Origin: Spongospora subterranea f. sp. subterranea
Lineage: Eukaryota
Direction: 5' to 3'
Assembly: GCA_049724395.1 (NCBI GenBank)
Contig: JAUGWO010000065.1
Location: 124,001-157,399 of the forward strand
Length of the DNA stretch: 33,399 nt
The translations under genes and the position numbers were made by a program. The notes under the pieces were generated by a model, which had not been told where the DNA came from, ran no database searches, and was given only the letters and a program-made list of their open reading frames with translations. Below, piece after piece: positions 1 through 11,816 of the stretch (within the stretch, counting starts at the first letter, position 1; each line of letters opens with the position of its first letter).

Positions 1-1100
1 CAAACCCAGCAGCAAAGACGCGAGGACGATGAAATATGTACTGGAATTGCAACAAAATGGGGTTGCAGTTTTCAGGATTTCACTAACGAGATCAGGCAGT
101 GTTCATGTACACTGTCCAGTGATTACGGCGACGGAGCTTCTTCGTGAACCGGGTTGCGCTTGAGAATTCCCACACGTCACGGAGGCTGCGCCGTGCATGT
201 CAATGCCATGCAAGTTCCCTTGAAAATAGTCAAACTACAAAACGGCGTTATAGTGCGTAGAGTAGACAACCAGAAGATCGTCTGTTGTTACAGCAGCCAT
301 CGTGTGGGTCACCAACCAAACATAGCTATTGTAGCGTTATTTGTTGATTCTGCAGTAATGTAAACACCGCTAACCAGGGCAGTCACCGCTTGCAGCTGCT
401 GTGATTCATGCAGCTCGTGGGGAACAGCGTCGGGATGGGATGTGGGTGTGTTTTTGGATCTGCCTGACCCACTCGCTGACTGCCTGAAGAAGGGAGCAGT
501 ACATGGCCTCGAACGTCAGAAAAAGAACAGCGATGCTCTATAATATAGTAGAAAGATGTTCCAGTTCGTCGACGAGTTGCTGAAACTTAACCAATTTCCC
601 GACTGATAACGAGTGGCAATTGGGTCCAGGAACTATCAACATTTCATAAGATTGATCCATGCAGTGGCGGATCAATATCTGCATCGGCAGTTCACAGCTA
701 TCCGAGTTTACCGGATAAAGTCAGATCGTGTAAGTGTCGTCATGTTTATCATATTAAATTGCATTCGGTCAGGAGCAGACATCAAACTTGATAAAACTTT
801 TGAAACTTTAAGATCCGGGTTTGAGTTGACCCAAGTAAATATCCTTTTTTGTTATCCACGGTACCAAACTGAAAACTTTAGCCACCGACAGTGCAGTTCT
901 GGATTTCGTCTCAAGAACCCTCTTTTTCTCGGCCTCGTTCTCGCCGATATGGACCTGTAATGTTTTGGACAATATATTCGGCAGCGTATGGACTGAAGTT
1001 AAATGAACCAGAAGGGCTTCTGAAGGCTGATCCGGAACTGGATGACGGAATCGCCGTCTTCATTGTCGCGAGAACGGACGGGTCGTCGAAACAAATTTGA
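1..1100 (+). CDS. 3' part of an uncharacterised multi-exon gene (5' end outside window or unresolved)
   Basis: GT-AG introns at 730-778 and 835-881 join open frames ...YIKLDKTFETLRSGFELTQ|PPTVQFWISSQEP...DDGIAVFIVARTDGSSKQI* (TGA ends at 1100). It converges on NUF2 with a 22-bp gap. Upstream exons are unresolved and no family is recognised. Confidence 0.4.
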
Positions 1101-1122
1101 ATATCAAAATCGTTAAACACGT

Positions 1123-2793
1123 TTATTCGGGGTTGATTTGAACATTATTTAAAGTAGACCCTGCCATGATGTCCATCATTGTTTGATGATAATTATTAAC
1201 TTGAAAATTTAACTGTTCAAATTTTTTCCGAAGAGCAAGCGTGGATTCCTCATGATTGGACTCAATCATAGTTATCTCTCTTCGGGTTTCTTCCGCTTCC
1301 GCCTTGTTGTCCTGAATCTACAACCAAATCAACATCAACGCAACGATGAGGCAGATACAAGTCAGTACTTGTTTCGTTTGTTGCTTTAACTTTTCCAGAA
1401 CAGACGCTTTTTCCGCTTCCACTTCTTTCAAAGCCATATCTGCATCTAACTTCTTTTTTTCAAATTGTGATTGTAATCGCATCAATCTGTCTGTTGCTTT
1501 GGAAAGTTGCTCGCGGACAAACCGCTCTTCTCGCACAGTTTCATTGATGTGATCTTCATTAACCCCCACTGCAGTAGCTAATTCTTTGATTTCTTTTGCT
1601 GATTGTTTACACTGACTTAAAACCTCTGTGATCTCAACAATCTCGTTGATCTAGATTGACATTTCAACACAAGGAAAACAGTGCATGCCAACGCAAAGCC
1701 TACACGCTTATTAGTCCTTCCATCGGCCTTCTTGATCAACGCTAACCGATCATCTAACTGCCGCATGGTTTTAGTAACAGAATCGATTTCTCTCTTTTCC
1801 GCTTCAACGCTTTCAGTCATGGATGTCAAAGTTCGCTTCAGTCTGTAGTTGCATTTAACAAACGCGAACCGTCACTGCTACAGATACTGACCTCTCAGGG
1901 GATCGTACGATTTGAGAAGAAATTTTCTCAATATCGCTGCGCATGTTTAAGAATTTGAATTTATCGCCTTCGCTGACATCCATTCAGCTTCGCTGTTTTT
2001 TGCTTCTCTTCGTGAACTTCATGACGTAACGCCGTCGACTCCTGAAATTTGAAGATGATCAATGTGATATTTTCAGTTTGTAAAACTATTAGGAACCTTT
2101 TGCAACTTTGCGAGTTTATCTGCCAATTCCTCGCTCTCTGCTATGGTTTGCTTTAATTTCGGAGCCTCTAAATCCCTTTGGCGGCGTAAAGCATCTCGTT
2201 GACTGTTCACGGTATCCATTTCCTCATTAAGTTTCGCCTTCTCATTTGCAAGCTATGATAGTTGCCCAATTATAAGAACACACTAATAAAAAATGATCAC
2301 ACTGACCTGCTCTGTCTGTTCAAGGTATTCGTGGAATGTCTCGAGCCTGTCCTGACGGAATTTGGCGAAGTTTATGATTGCAGAAAGGTTTCTGATTGTT
2401 CGTTTTTTTTCGGGATACACAATATCTCGCCATGAAAAATCGCGAACGCCAACCACATTCATTAATGACGCCAACGACTAAAATAATAAGTCAATTAAAC
2501 AAAGAGCAGAAACAAAAACGAACATTCTAGATACACACTTTGATCATTATAGATTGAGAGATAGACTGTTCGTGAAGTTGTGGATGAGCCGTATCAATAT
2601 CAGTGATGTGCTGGTCATTGAGGGAAACCCCCATCAACATCTCCACGAACTGATAATAAATAACCGTAACCGTGGACGAGGTCGGCGCCCCGATGTCGGC
2701 GACGGTGAAGGGCGGGTCCGGTTCGGGCAAATTGGCCAACCATGCCACCAGGTCGGCGACCGGCAATACAGGAAACGAGTAATAGGACGACAT
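1123..2793 (-). CDS. NUF2: Kinetochore protein Nuf2 (NDC80 complex), multi-exon
   Basis: ATG at 2793 gives MSSYYSFPVLPVADLVAWL...PTSSTVTVIYYQFVEMLMG. Exon 2 reads GVRDFSWRDIVYPEKKRTIRNLSAIINFAKFR (Nuf2 signature). Later exons are coiled coil and end ...FEQLNFQVNNYHQTMM...NPE* (TAA 1123-1125). Intron 1 is 2478-2538. Confidence 0.93.
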
Positions 2794-3204
2794 CTCCCCT
2801 ATGCAGAATCCCCAGCGGTTGGGGAAGACCTTGTCCGTTACAACCCCAGTGCACCCGGTCACGCGCCGCACAATCTTGTGTTACACCAGCGAGGAGGTCA
2901 ACGGAGACGACCTTTGAGAAAATGGCGCTGCAACTGGGCACGTTCCAGAAGATTACAGAATGGTGGCGGTTCATAACGTGGAGTAGAGGCTTTTATACAA
3001 TCCTATTTCTGGTACATTATAAACGTATTAGGCAAACAGAAAGGAAATTCATGACTGGAAAGAGACATGCAAATAACCCTGTTTTTTTAAAATATCTGCT
3101 GAAGACAATGCGTCGAGAAGTGTTAAACGAGTCAGGTATCAATCACTTGGCAAGGCAAATTTAAGTATTGCAGTTGTGACGTTGACCGGGCTTGCAGCAG
3201 CACG

Positions 3205-3254
3205 GCAAAAGAAAGCTGTTCTAGCGAAATCCAAAGCGAGGTATCTCCAATGCA
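3205..3254 (+). pseudogene. GCN5: Residual fragment of the duplicated GCN5
   Basis: GCAAAAGAAAGCTGTTCTAGCGAAATCCAAAGCGAGGTATCTCCAATGCA (QKKAVLAKSK) matches 15282-15327 ([10 protein letters not shown]). It is fused directly to sequence matching 14407-14442, so ~840 bp including the HAT domain is deleted. Confidence 0.8.
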
Positions 3255-4885
3255 TCATTGAGATTGAGGGAAAACAGCACTGCATTTCGCAATCCACCCA
3301 GGCAAGCACTCACGCCGCGAAGCCAAAAACTGTCGATAGTCGTGGCCAGAATGGGTGACGAGACATTCTGGATGTTGTCCTTTTTTTTATCGTTATGACC
3401 TGTATCTTTTTTCAAAAGTGTGTCGCTGATTTGATATCTCGTCACCGAGATGTCATCTGTGAGGCGCCGTCCACAGTAATCAATATGAGGAACCATAAAG
3501 GGCAAACTTCTCTTTCATTGGCAGCTATACTTGCATTACCGTCCCGGTCTGGCCACCTCTTTAAAATATCGTCCAAATTCTGTTGGGTCAAGTAGCCGAA
3601 CCCATTATTCCCGATATTGATGGGAATACAGCACTAAGACCTGGCAGCAAAGCAAGGCCCTGACGTGTTTTATTGTTAGTATATCGAAATCACTGATTGA
3701 GACCTTACAAGAAGCGAGCAGGTCGTCATCAATATGATTAATGCGGCGAAGCCAAAGCCAATTCACCTTCGGCTCCAAAATGGGTTGACAGAGCGCTTCT
3801 ATGCGAGTCTGATTCAACAATTGGATTACGATGGCCTGTATGTTGCTCACGTTTGGATCTAGCACATTCGAGTCGCTGATTCGGTCAATCATGCGGGTCT
3901 GTTTTTAGCAAATTGACACAGCGGTTGGTTCCATCTACGCCTGATTAACCCCCTCAATTATTTGTGTTTTGACTGATTTGCAAGGTCGATCTTGCGGCGG
4001 TTCTATCGAAAACGGGACGCCCGCCGCCGAAATTATCGCGAGGAAACCGCTGGAGCTGGCAATTGAACAGGAGCACGAACCACACCACCTTGGACGCCGC
4101 GAAAAACTACTGCAGCGAAAATTTGAGAAACCAGTGCCAGCATTTTGATCAATGACGCTGGTTTGGTCACCAAACGTCTCTTTCTCGGTACAGATAGGGA
4201 AACCGTGCAATTGTGAATTGGGCCCTGCAATCCAGTTTGCGTAGTTCTGGTCATTCCGAAAACCTCAAACAAAACGGGGTAGACCCCATTTCCCCATTCG
4301 CCCGCTCTGGTCATCCTGTCATCGCGCCTGTTCGCCCAGCTGCACTCCATCTAGGAGTAGGTGTTTTCGTGGCAAAACCATTTGAGCTAAGATTCGACAA
4401 ACCACTGAAATCTGTCTAGAGCAGCAGGTTATAAAATGTAGATATTACTCGTAAGATTCAAGCAACTCTCTATTAAATCGATTCACGACGCCCGGATTTC
4501 ACCTAGGTTAGCAAAAAAAGGAATTGACGAGGCGTAGATTTGACCAACCGTGGTGTCGGATTTGCCAAATAGACAAATAGAGAACAGTACCCCCAATGGT
4601 GGTTCTTAGGCTGATGCTCATTCTGAGGCCGGCTGAAACATTTGACGGATTTTGATGTGAGATCAATTCAGCGATTTCGCTGAATTTTTGAATTATGATA
4701 ATTGAGACGCCATAAAGATTCAATCATCCGCTCAATCTCACATAACGTTCCTTCATAAAATTCAGCAACACAAGACGGAACGGCGCCGCTTCAATCATAT
4801 CGATAAATGATCTGCGTACTCCTGTGAGATCGCAATCAGAGAACATTTTTTCAATATTTACCATTGCGGTAGAATCCGCCAAAAT

Positions 4886-5238
4886 CTAACATTCGCTACC
4901 TTCATTGGGTGTCTGCCCGTGGTTAACAGGTTTTGGTTCAAAAATATTTCAAGATTGGATTTTGCTAACCCTTTGAACATCAAAGAAGTTCGCTAATGCT
5001 CTGATTGCGCTAAGAATGATATAATTTTCAGGCCAAAACGGACGACAACGTGCTGCATTTCTTGGACCCTTTCGGGATCGGTCTCGTTCAATTTTTTCCT
5101 GAACCCGCTCGTGATCATATCCTTTCCTTCATCCCATCATACTTCCTGGTCGATTTCGGGGCAATATAGGCTGCAAGACGCAAACAATCCCGATACAACT
5201 GGGTGCTCGTCCGATTAAAATTCCGCCGTCGATGCCGT
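4886..5238 (-). pseudogene. Pseudogenised copy of the LYR-motif protein gene
   Basis: Aligns to 15835-16188. Lesions: ATG>ACG (5236-5238), a 5-bp TCCTT duplication causing a frameshift (5120-5129), loss of the intron donor near 5050, and small indels in exon 2. Confidence 0.9.
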
Positions 5239-5476
5239 TCCCGGATGCCGACCTTGGTCCTCTCTCCCCGGCCTCCCCTCTCGTGATGCTTACCCTCTCG
5301 TGTCCATGGGATGTATGACCATTGATGTTTCATTTGCAACGTCCTTCAGTGGTCTGTGCAGTTATGTTGCACACAGACCAGTGTACAGAGTCACAGATCG
5401 CATCCCACCTGTTATCGTTTCCTGTGTAACTTCTCTGTATGAAAATTCATAATTCGAATAGCACGCTTGTTGTGAA

Positions 5477-6395
5477 ATGGCCGGATTCACGACAGACGAT
5501 GTCAGGCGCCAACTTACCCTGCTTGTGAGTAGATCAGCGCCCCAGGTGTTTCGGCCATTAACCGATCATTAGGGCATTGGCGAAGTTGATGATGAAGTAT
5601 TGAAGCGCTTCGTCGAAAGAATATCAACTCCAAGGATGTCACCGCGTACAGATTTTGTTGAGAGTAGCGCAGCGTCATCGCCCGAAATGTCCAGGAAAAT
5701 ACCACTCCGAGAATATCTTTCTCCCCCACCTCCGCGCATAAAGATGTTTGATGAAAACCGTCGCGAAAATCGTTCCAATCAGGTATTTTCCCACATTTGA
5801 ATCGACCATGGAGCCCTCAGTGTAATATTCCAGGATACGAAAGAGCCTCAAACTGTTCTAGAATATGATTCTAGGGAGTCTGGTCAGCAATTTGAGCAGG
5901 AACCGAAACCAGGTTTTGTTGAACAGCGTCCTGCTACCGCGAATACGAGTGGGAAAAGCCTCAAAAGTTCAAAATGTACGAACATGTTGATTTTCGGGTT
6001 AGGTCGCCATTAATGAAATGTGGTTAATAGCAATTTCGTTCAACTCAACAGACCCAGTTTCGTTGTTTCAGCGATTCAAAACCGGTTAGTCACCTTTGAA
6101 GGTCTCCGGATAACAAAAGTGACCAGATAGACATCCACACAGAATGGCAGCGAGATAAGAAACAAGTTAGGCGAAGACCTGCATCTTCATCCACGTCTAG
6201 CCTTCTACAACGTGGACCTACCTCAAGGAAACAGTCATCGAAAGTAATGGCTTGACAGATCTTCGTTGCTCATATTGATATTACTTGTTTCAGATATCGG
6301 AGTTCGTTGTTCGCACGGACAATGTAGCCACACAACGACGAGAAGACTCCCGAATAAGGTGGCATAACCGATCGAAATCCTCGAATTGCACATGA
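5477..6395 (+). CDS. HYLS1: Probable centriolar/ciliogenesis protein HYLS1-like (6 exons, ~218 aa); missed by the ORF track
   Basis: Exons 5477-5524, 5573-5782, 5834-5975, 6031-6084, 6143-6243 and 6294-6395 splice in frame through GT-AG introns. N-terminus MAGFTTDDVRRQLTLLGIGEVDDEVLKRF resembles the HYLS1 N-box. TDPVSLFQRFKTEWQRDK resembles the HYLS1 DPV...W box. C-terminus is EFVVRT...RREDSRIRW. Confidence 0.68.
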
Positions 6396-6680
6396 TAGCT
6401 GTATGTATTAAATTTCAGAAAATGTCTGACAACATTTTTGAGCGAAAAGCTTCGGGTCGCTATTGGTGCGGTTTCCAACGGATTATGTGCAAACGCCGAA
6501 AATGGCACTGTGTTATTGAACCGGACGGCCGTCAGGGAATGCAGAAAAATCTCAATCGAGAGAAACGGTAGCAGGCCGCAAAATACATTACGCACGACGT
6601 CACATCGACTAACCGTCGGCCAGCTCCGCTAAGCCGTTGGTCATCTCAAGTTTAAATGTTTGGTCCTGTAAAGACAGACA

Positions 6681-6895
6681 AGGGCGAGGCTCGGAGTCTC
6701 GTGGTCTCCCAGCTGGGTCTTCGCAATTACAATTTGTTTTCTCGCCACCAACAAGTGCTGACTCGTGCGTGGTTTAACTAATGTGAGACTTCGCGATGAT
6801 AACGTCGGCCCTATTGAGATTGTCATCGAAGACGATGAAATATATATGGATTGACTCCGATTTTAGTCTAATGCTCAAGCGCCCGCTTCCTTGCT
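6681..6895 (+). pseudogene. 5' fragment of the duplicated AGC kinase gene
   Basis: Matches 17313-17535 (e.g. GGCCCTATTGAGATTGTCATCGAAGACGA). The ATG is lost, there are indels, and homology stops before the kinase domain. Confidence 0.85.
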
Positions 6896-9105
6896 TGCCC
6901 TGTTATTGCAGCATCATTTTCAATTCTTTGGCTCGCCTCAGGCTTTGCAGTCCTTGGGATGCGATCAGGCCTTCGGATGTGCCGCTCGTGCTCCATGGAC
7001 TCATCAGCCGAAGAAACATGCATCTCCTTCCGTCGCCGTGAGCTCTTGCTCGCCATCTTAAGTTGTACAACCGGTATGAGCAATTACCGCCGAACAACCA
7101 ATAGTTTATCGAATATCTAACCCGTGTCACATCGCGTTGTGCTTATGTAGGACTGAGGGAGCTTGTGAGGCTGAGCCGCTCGCTGCGCCTTACCTCGCTC
7201 TTTCTCCCTGCAATTGTCCTCTAAAGAAGACTTTTGAGCACGGATGGCTTCGATGACCTCTGGTTTGATGAGCCTGTTACTCTTCCGAGCAAAACCCTAA
7301 AATTTTGGGACCGAAGCATCTGCTTTGGATGGGTCGGACGTTGAGATGAACAACCACGACGGGGACGAGCGCCACAACACCCCCCCCCCCCCCCATGGAA
7401 CGAATCCTGTCTCCGAGGCTACAGCAACGCCTCTGGAATATTCGCTGATCTTGTATTGGTAGCAGTAAAGAAACACATTCTTCCTAAAGTACCAAAAGAA
7501 CATTAAGCATTGTTATACAGACGATATCGCGACTATATTCTTATCGTTGTAGATTCTTTGAAAAGTGATAAGGCCATTACAGAATCTGAATGAAGCCAAC
7601 ATGTTGACGTTCAACAAGGAACTGTTTGGTGATGAAGTAAACTTTTAAGGTATAACTATATCTCTGGGCGAAAAGTTCAGAACCAAAACGACAATTGGAT
7701 TTCAACTAATTCAGGAGACCAACCGGAAAAAACTTGTTCACACATTACGCGACGTATAAACCAGATACCACTAAAACTAGCTGGATCACTGGAGAACAAA
7801 TACGTATGCTGAGGGCTTGTCAAACTGAATATTTATCTTGGTCAACTATGCTCGAATTTCAGAGAGTCTTGAAATCGGGTTACCCTAACAAAGTAGGTAA
7901 TCAGGTCACAATGCAAATACAATTTTGCCGACCGCAATTGTCTGATCGAAAAGACCGAAAAAATGGACCAGGTCTAGTACTCGCTTGATAATTCAAGAAT
8001 GGCCCATGAAAATGGAATTTTATTCAGAATAACTTTAAACCGTTATTGAAATTCCTCAATGATCAAATCACAGCCAACAGGGCAGCACCACAATGAATGT
8101 TTTGAATTTAGTAAGCAAAACAGCTGGATCTCGCAAATAGCAGAGATAAACCTCAAATGTGAAGAGAGGTAAAAAACGACGAATGCTGAGATCATTCAAT
8201 CGATGCATCGCGTTCAAATGGACTTGACACTGGTGATACAGCACAAATAATACCAGGATTTAATGTCAGGTTCAACTCGCCATACCTCCAATCGGGGCAC
8301 TTAGCAATCGTTGAGACAGCTGCTTGCGAGAAAATACCTCAGAGGAGTCGAATCCACACTTCCAGTAGGCCCATTCGACGCGATCTCCACCGCGTAAGAA
8401 GAGGGCGACCAACGCGGCAGTCTGATGAGCCGAATGGCGAAACCAGGTCGTGCGGATGAATATTTACCAAGCGAGCATACACAGATATTGCAAGTAAAGA
8501 ATTTACTTCAGTTTATATGTAAATTGCATTGTGATTCATACTAGAACAGTTATAATCATATAATGTGGTAGAAAAATCGCCAACCCCGTTTCGAAAAACA
8601 AAGTCCTGCCTAGATTCGACATTTCGAATCAGATATAGGGGCCGGCACTTACGTTTCGACTGGTAACGAGAGGATGACCATGGATGTCGACACGGTGTAT
8701 TCATTCTGGTCGTCGTGCACAACAGATAATTGCAAAATAGTTCGCTGTGAACAAAAACTTGAACCAACTATGTATAGAGAAACCTATGTGTTGCTTTCTT
8801 GTGACAGATTGACCCTGTCGTAAGTCCATAACCACCAAATTGCAGTGTACTAGGTTTGGCTGCGAGGATGTGTCACATACCTCACCTTTTGTACAAGGCT
8901 TGACTGTCCTACCCGTCAATGTGCTTTATCTACAAAAACAGAACTTTCAACAGCTTTGCACAGTACGCAAGACGTTAATTCAAAGGTAGCCGAACTGCAA
9001 GAGAGAAGTTTCATAGATTTGTGATGAAACGCAGTGCTGTTTCAAAGTCATTATACTTCACGACGATACCCTACTGGAAAAACCTCCAGTTGAGATAGGT
9101 TGTTA

Positions 9106-11370
9106 TCATAAATCATTATTATCGCTTTTGCCCATTTGCACGGAAAATAAATACCGTATCTTCCTGAAGAACGTCTATAAAATAAAAATAGTCCTCAGCA
9201 AAACAGCAAAATTACTACAAAACTTCAATACCTCCGCAATATCACTTGAAAATATGAATTCAGAGGGCCTATCATACCATGGAATATGAACTTGGTTAGG
9301 AAATGTCATTGTCTGCATCAATCCCTCCGACCATTTCAGAAAGAACGATTTCAACGCATACGCGCTAATCCAGATATTAAGACATTTTTCCGGTTTTCAA
9401 CGGCGAAAATATAACCTCATGAAATCTGTCATCGCCTGTTGGGCCTTCCAACCGAATATTGATTCCGGTACACTACGACCGAAGATTTTAGACTGGTTAC
9501 CGTAAATGTTGCAGTCAAAGTCAAGTATTGGTTTGTCGATGAAGGTCATAGTCAAATATGATCGACCAACAAATAACGGATGAAGGATTCGGACGTTTGC
9601 ATTGAAACTCATTCGAAGATTGGAGACCTATATCGACTCAACGGTGTTGCAATTGATCAAAGAACCGAATGTTACTAACGCTGATACATAGTGAAGATGT
9701 GTTCCAGAAACTACTAACTGAGAATTGAAGAAAAAATTGAGGCAGCTTCAACTCGCTGGTAATAATGTAGGTATAAGGATATATACTTTGCAAATCTGAC
9801 ATTATGATGTCGGGAGCATCATCGAAAGTATCAATGCCAAGATCGAAACGAATAATCTGAAGGTCGAGTCCAAGAGTTTTCAGCCACCTATTACATTTGC
9901 ATATCAGCGCAGACACTCGCAAAAAAAATAGCTACATAACTAACGATTGACAAAGATCCGTAATTGATTCTTTAAAATCTTTCTGGTGTCCGCGATTGAC
10001 GGCGAAAGTGAATAGCAAACCTTTCAGAAAATGGCGCCACAAAAGCAGCCCGGAAATTTGTTCTGTTTCCATTAACTGCTTTATCTCGAGGGGAACCTGG
10101 AGTCTCCTTTTGGGTTCTGTCTGCCTCCTTTCGAATCGTTTTGGAGCTGAGAATATAATCAACACCACACAACATAATGCAATCAAACGAGTTGTTACTG
10201 TTGGCAAAACAATACTTGGTATCCGGATTCAAGATGTTGCAGTGTTGACGTAAAGATGTCAGAATGTCTTCGTTGATCGGGTGAACTTCGACCAACATAG
10301 CCAGTCATACTACGCCGAAAGGATTCTTCCGCCCGCAGCCGGCGCTCGAATTTTTCGATTTCTGCTTCTACGATATCAGGTCGGGTGATAGGTGAAAATC
10401 GGCGGGAAAAATTATTCAATATAAAAGAAAGAATCCATTGCCGCCACTTGACTTTGTGAGAATTAACGTCCACTACTGTTAACTCCAAGGCGTAAATATC
10501 TTCTTCAGGCTTAGGAAGATTCACATCTAGCATGAGCGAGAATACCAACGGGTTTTCGACCTTGATAAAAGTTCCCTCTATGTCTCCATACTTGTTGTCC
10601 CAGTGCGTTTCAACAGTAAAGGTGGTTTTGCTATTTTTTTGCAAAATAAACACCTGAAAGGAAACTGATAAGCTGACGGAGTATAGCTTGCTTGGAAACC
10701 CACGACGATACCATTGGAGACGATGCCATCAATTCAGTTTGGTTATATTGACCTTGTTCTACCCTTTGTGGCCTTAATTTCAGCCTTTCAATTGAGAGAA
10801 ACCCTAAATTAGCTTCAACAATCGTCAACGTGACGGTTAGATTATGATAACAACTAATACCATCGCCTGGAAGACCTGGCAAACACTCATTACCCAAATC
10901 TTTCATGACTTCATTGTCAGTACCATAAAGTAATGTTTGAGAAAGCATTGAAGCCAGTTCTGAATACGCGGTTAGACTTTGCGTACGCTGTGATGGACCC
11001 CATGAATCCACATCGACTAATTCTGGGAATCGGATTGCATCTTGAAAGATGAATGCCCTACAGCAAATGTTATACCATTGATAAGGGTCCAAAGTCCTTT
11101 CAGATACCAAGAGACCCATATTGCGAAAATAACCGCGATGAACAGAAACAATTGGCCGGCGGTGACGCACATCTGCATCGGTATCGCTCGAAGGCAATCC
11201 ATGAGCATGCGACGCCGTATGACTTTCCGCCTGGAATGGGCCTCATAGTCATCGTCGTCGACACCAAAAGAAAACTTTGATAATGACCCAAACTTGGGCA
11301 CCTTCTCGTCATCATCCAATTGGCGACGATTACGGGCAGGCAGGTCTGCTGGTGCGCTATGCGGATCCAT
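9106..11370 (-). CDS. Multi-exon membrane protein with SMP/TULIP-like lipid-transfer domain(s); 3' end uncertain
   Basis: ATG at 11370. Intron 11058-11107 joins the TM segment LFLFIAVIFAIWVSW to the 188-aa frame. A second TM (LIALCCVVLIIFS) is followed by LQIIRFDLG..APDI, VSNIRF, LTMTFIDKPILDFD and GLMQTMTFPNQVHIPW, the pattern of SMP domains. Successive ORFs are linked by ~50-nt GT-AG introns. Confidence 0.6.
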
Positions 11371-11453
11371 TTCCGATACGACTCTGGCTCAGAAGATACG
11401 TAATGGCAAACAGTCCGTGTGGCGTGTCTCCACTCTCCCTGAAGTGTCCAGCG

Positions 11454-11496
11454 GGACCCGAACCCGACCCGATGGGGTTCGGGTCGGGTCGGGTCC
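11454..11496. repeat. GC-rich hairpin made of ACCCG/CGGGT units
   Basis: GGACCCGAACCCGACCCGA-TGGGGT-TCGGGTCGGGTCGGGTCC. Confidence 0.8.
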
Positions 11497-11816
11497 TGAA
11501 CATGAAAAAAAAAACAGTGCATATTGTACGGCGCGCGAATGTCCAGTCAAAACCTCAATATGCCCTGCGAATTACCGAGGCTTCGTGATAAACCTGAGTG
11601 AAAAACACGATTCCCATCTGAGATTAGGGGTTGTCAAAGTTAAGAAAACTCAGCATCTTTGGGTTTGGAAAAAATCGATTCTTTTGGCCTAGAATTCGGG
11701 CAACAGATTCAGATTTCCGCGAGGGGTGATGGAAGTTAGGAGAATTTAACCACGATTCACGCACCGCAGTCGACTCCCAAGTCGTTGACGTTTTGGATTA
11801 TTCCCTTGCGATCACT

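Larger units (their letters stand above)
2304..6895 (+). repeat. Segmental direct duplication, copy A (partner 13734-17535)
   Basis: Collinear diverged blocks: 2304-3000~13734-14280, 3170-3203~14407-14442, 3205-3254~15282-15327, 4886-5720~15835-16822, ~6425-6895~17072-17535. Confidence 0.95.

Noticed and set aside
5340..5450. H/ACA snoRNA in the LYR-HYLS1 intergenic region
   Set aside because: No properly placed ANANNA or ACA boxes. Only the stem is reported.
6900..9100. Scattered short ORFs and a poly-C tract near 7380-7394
   Set aside because: No coherent gene model or element termini could be supported.
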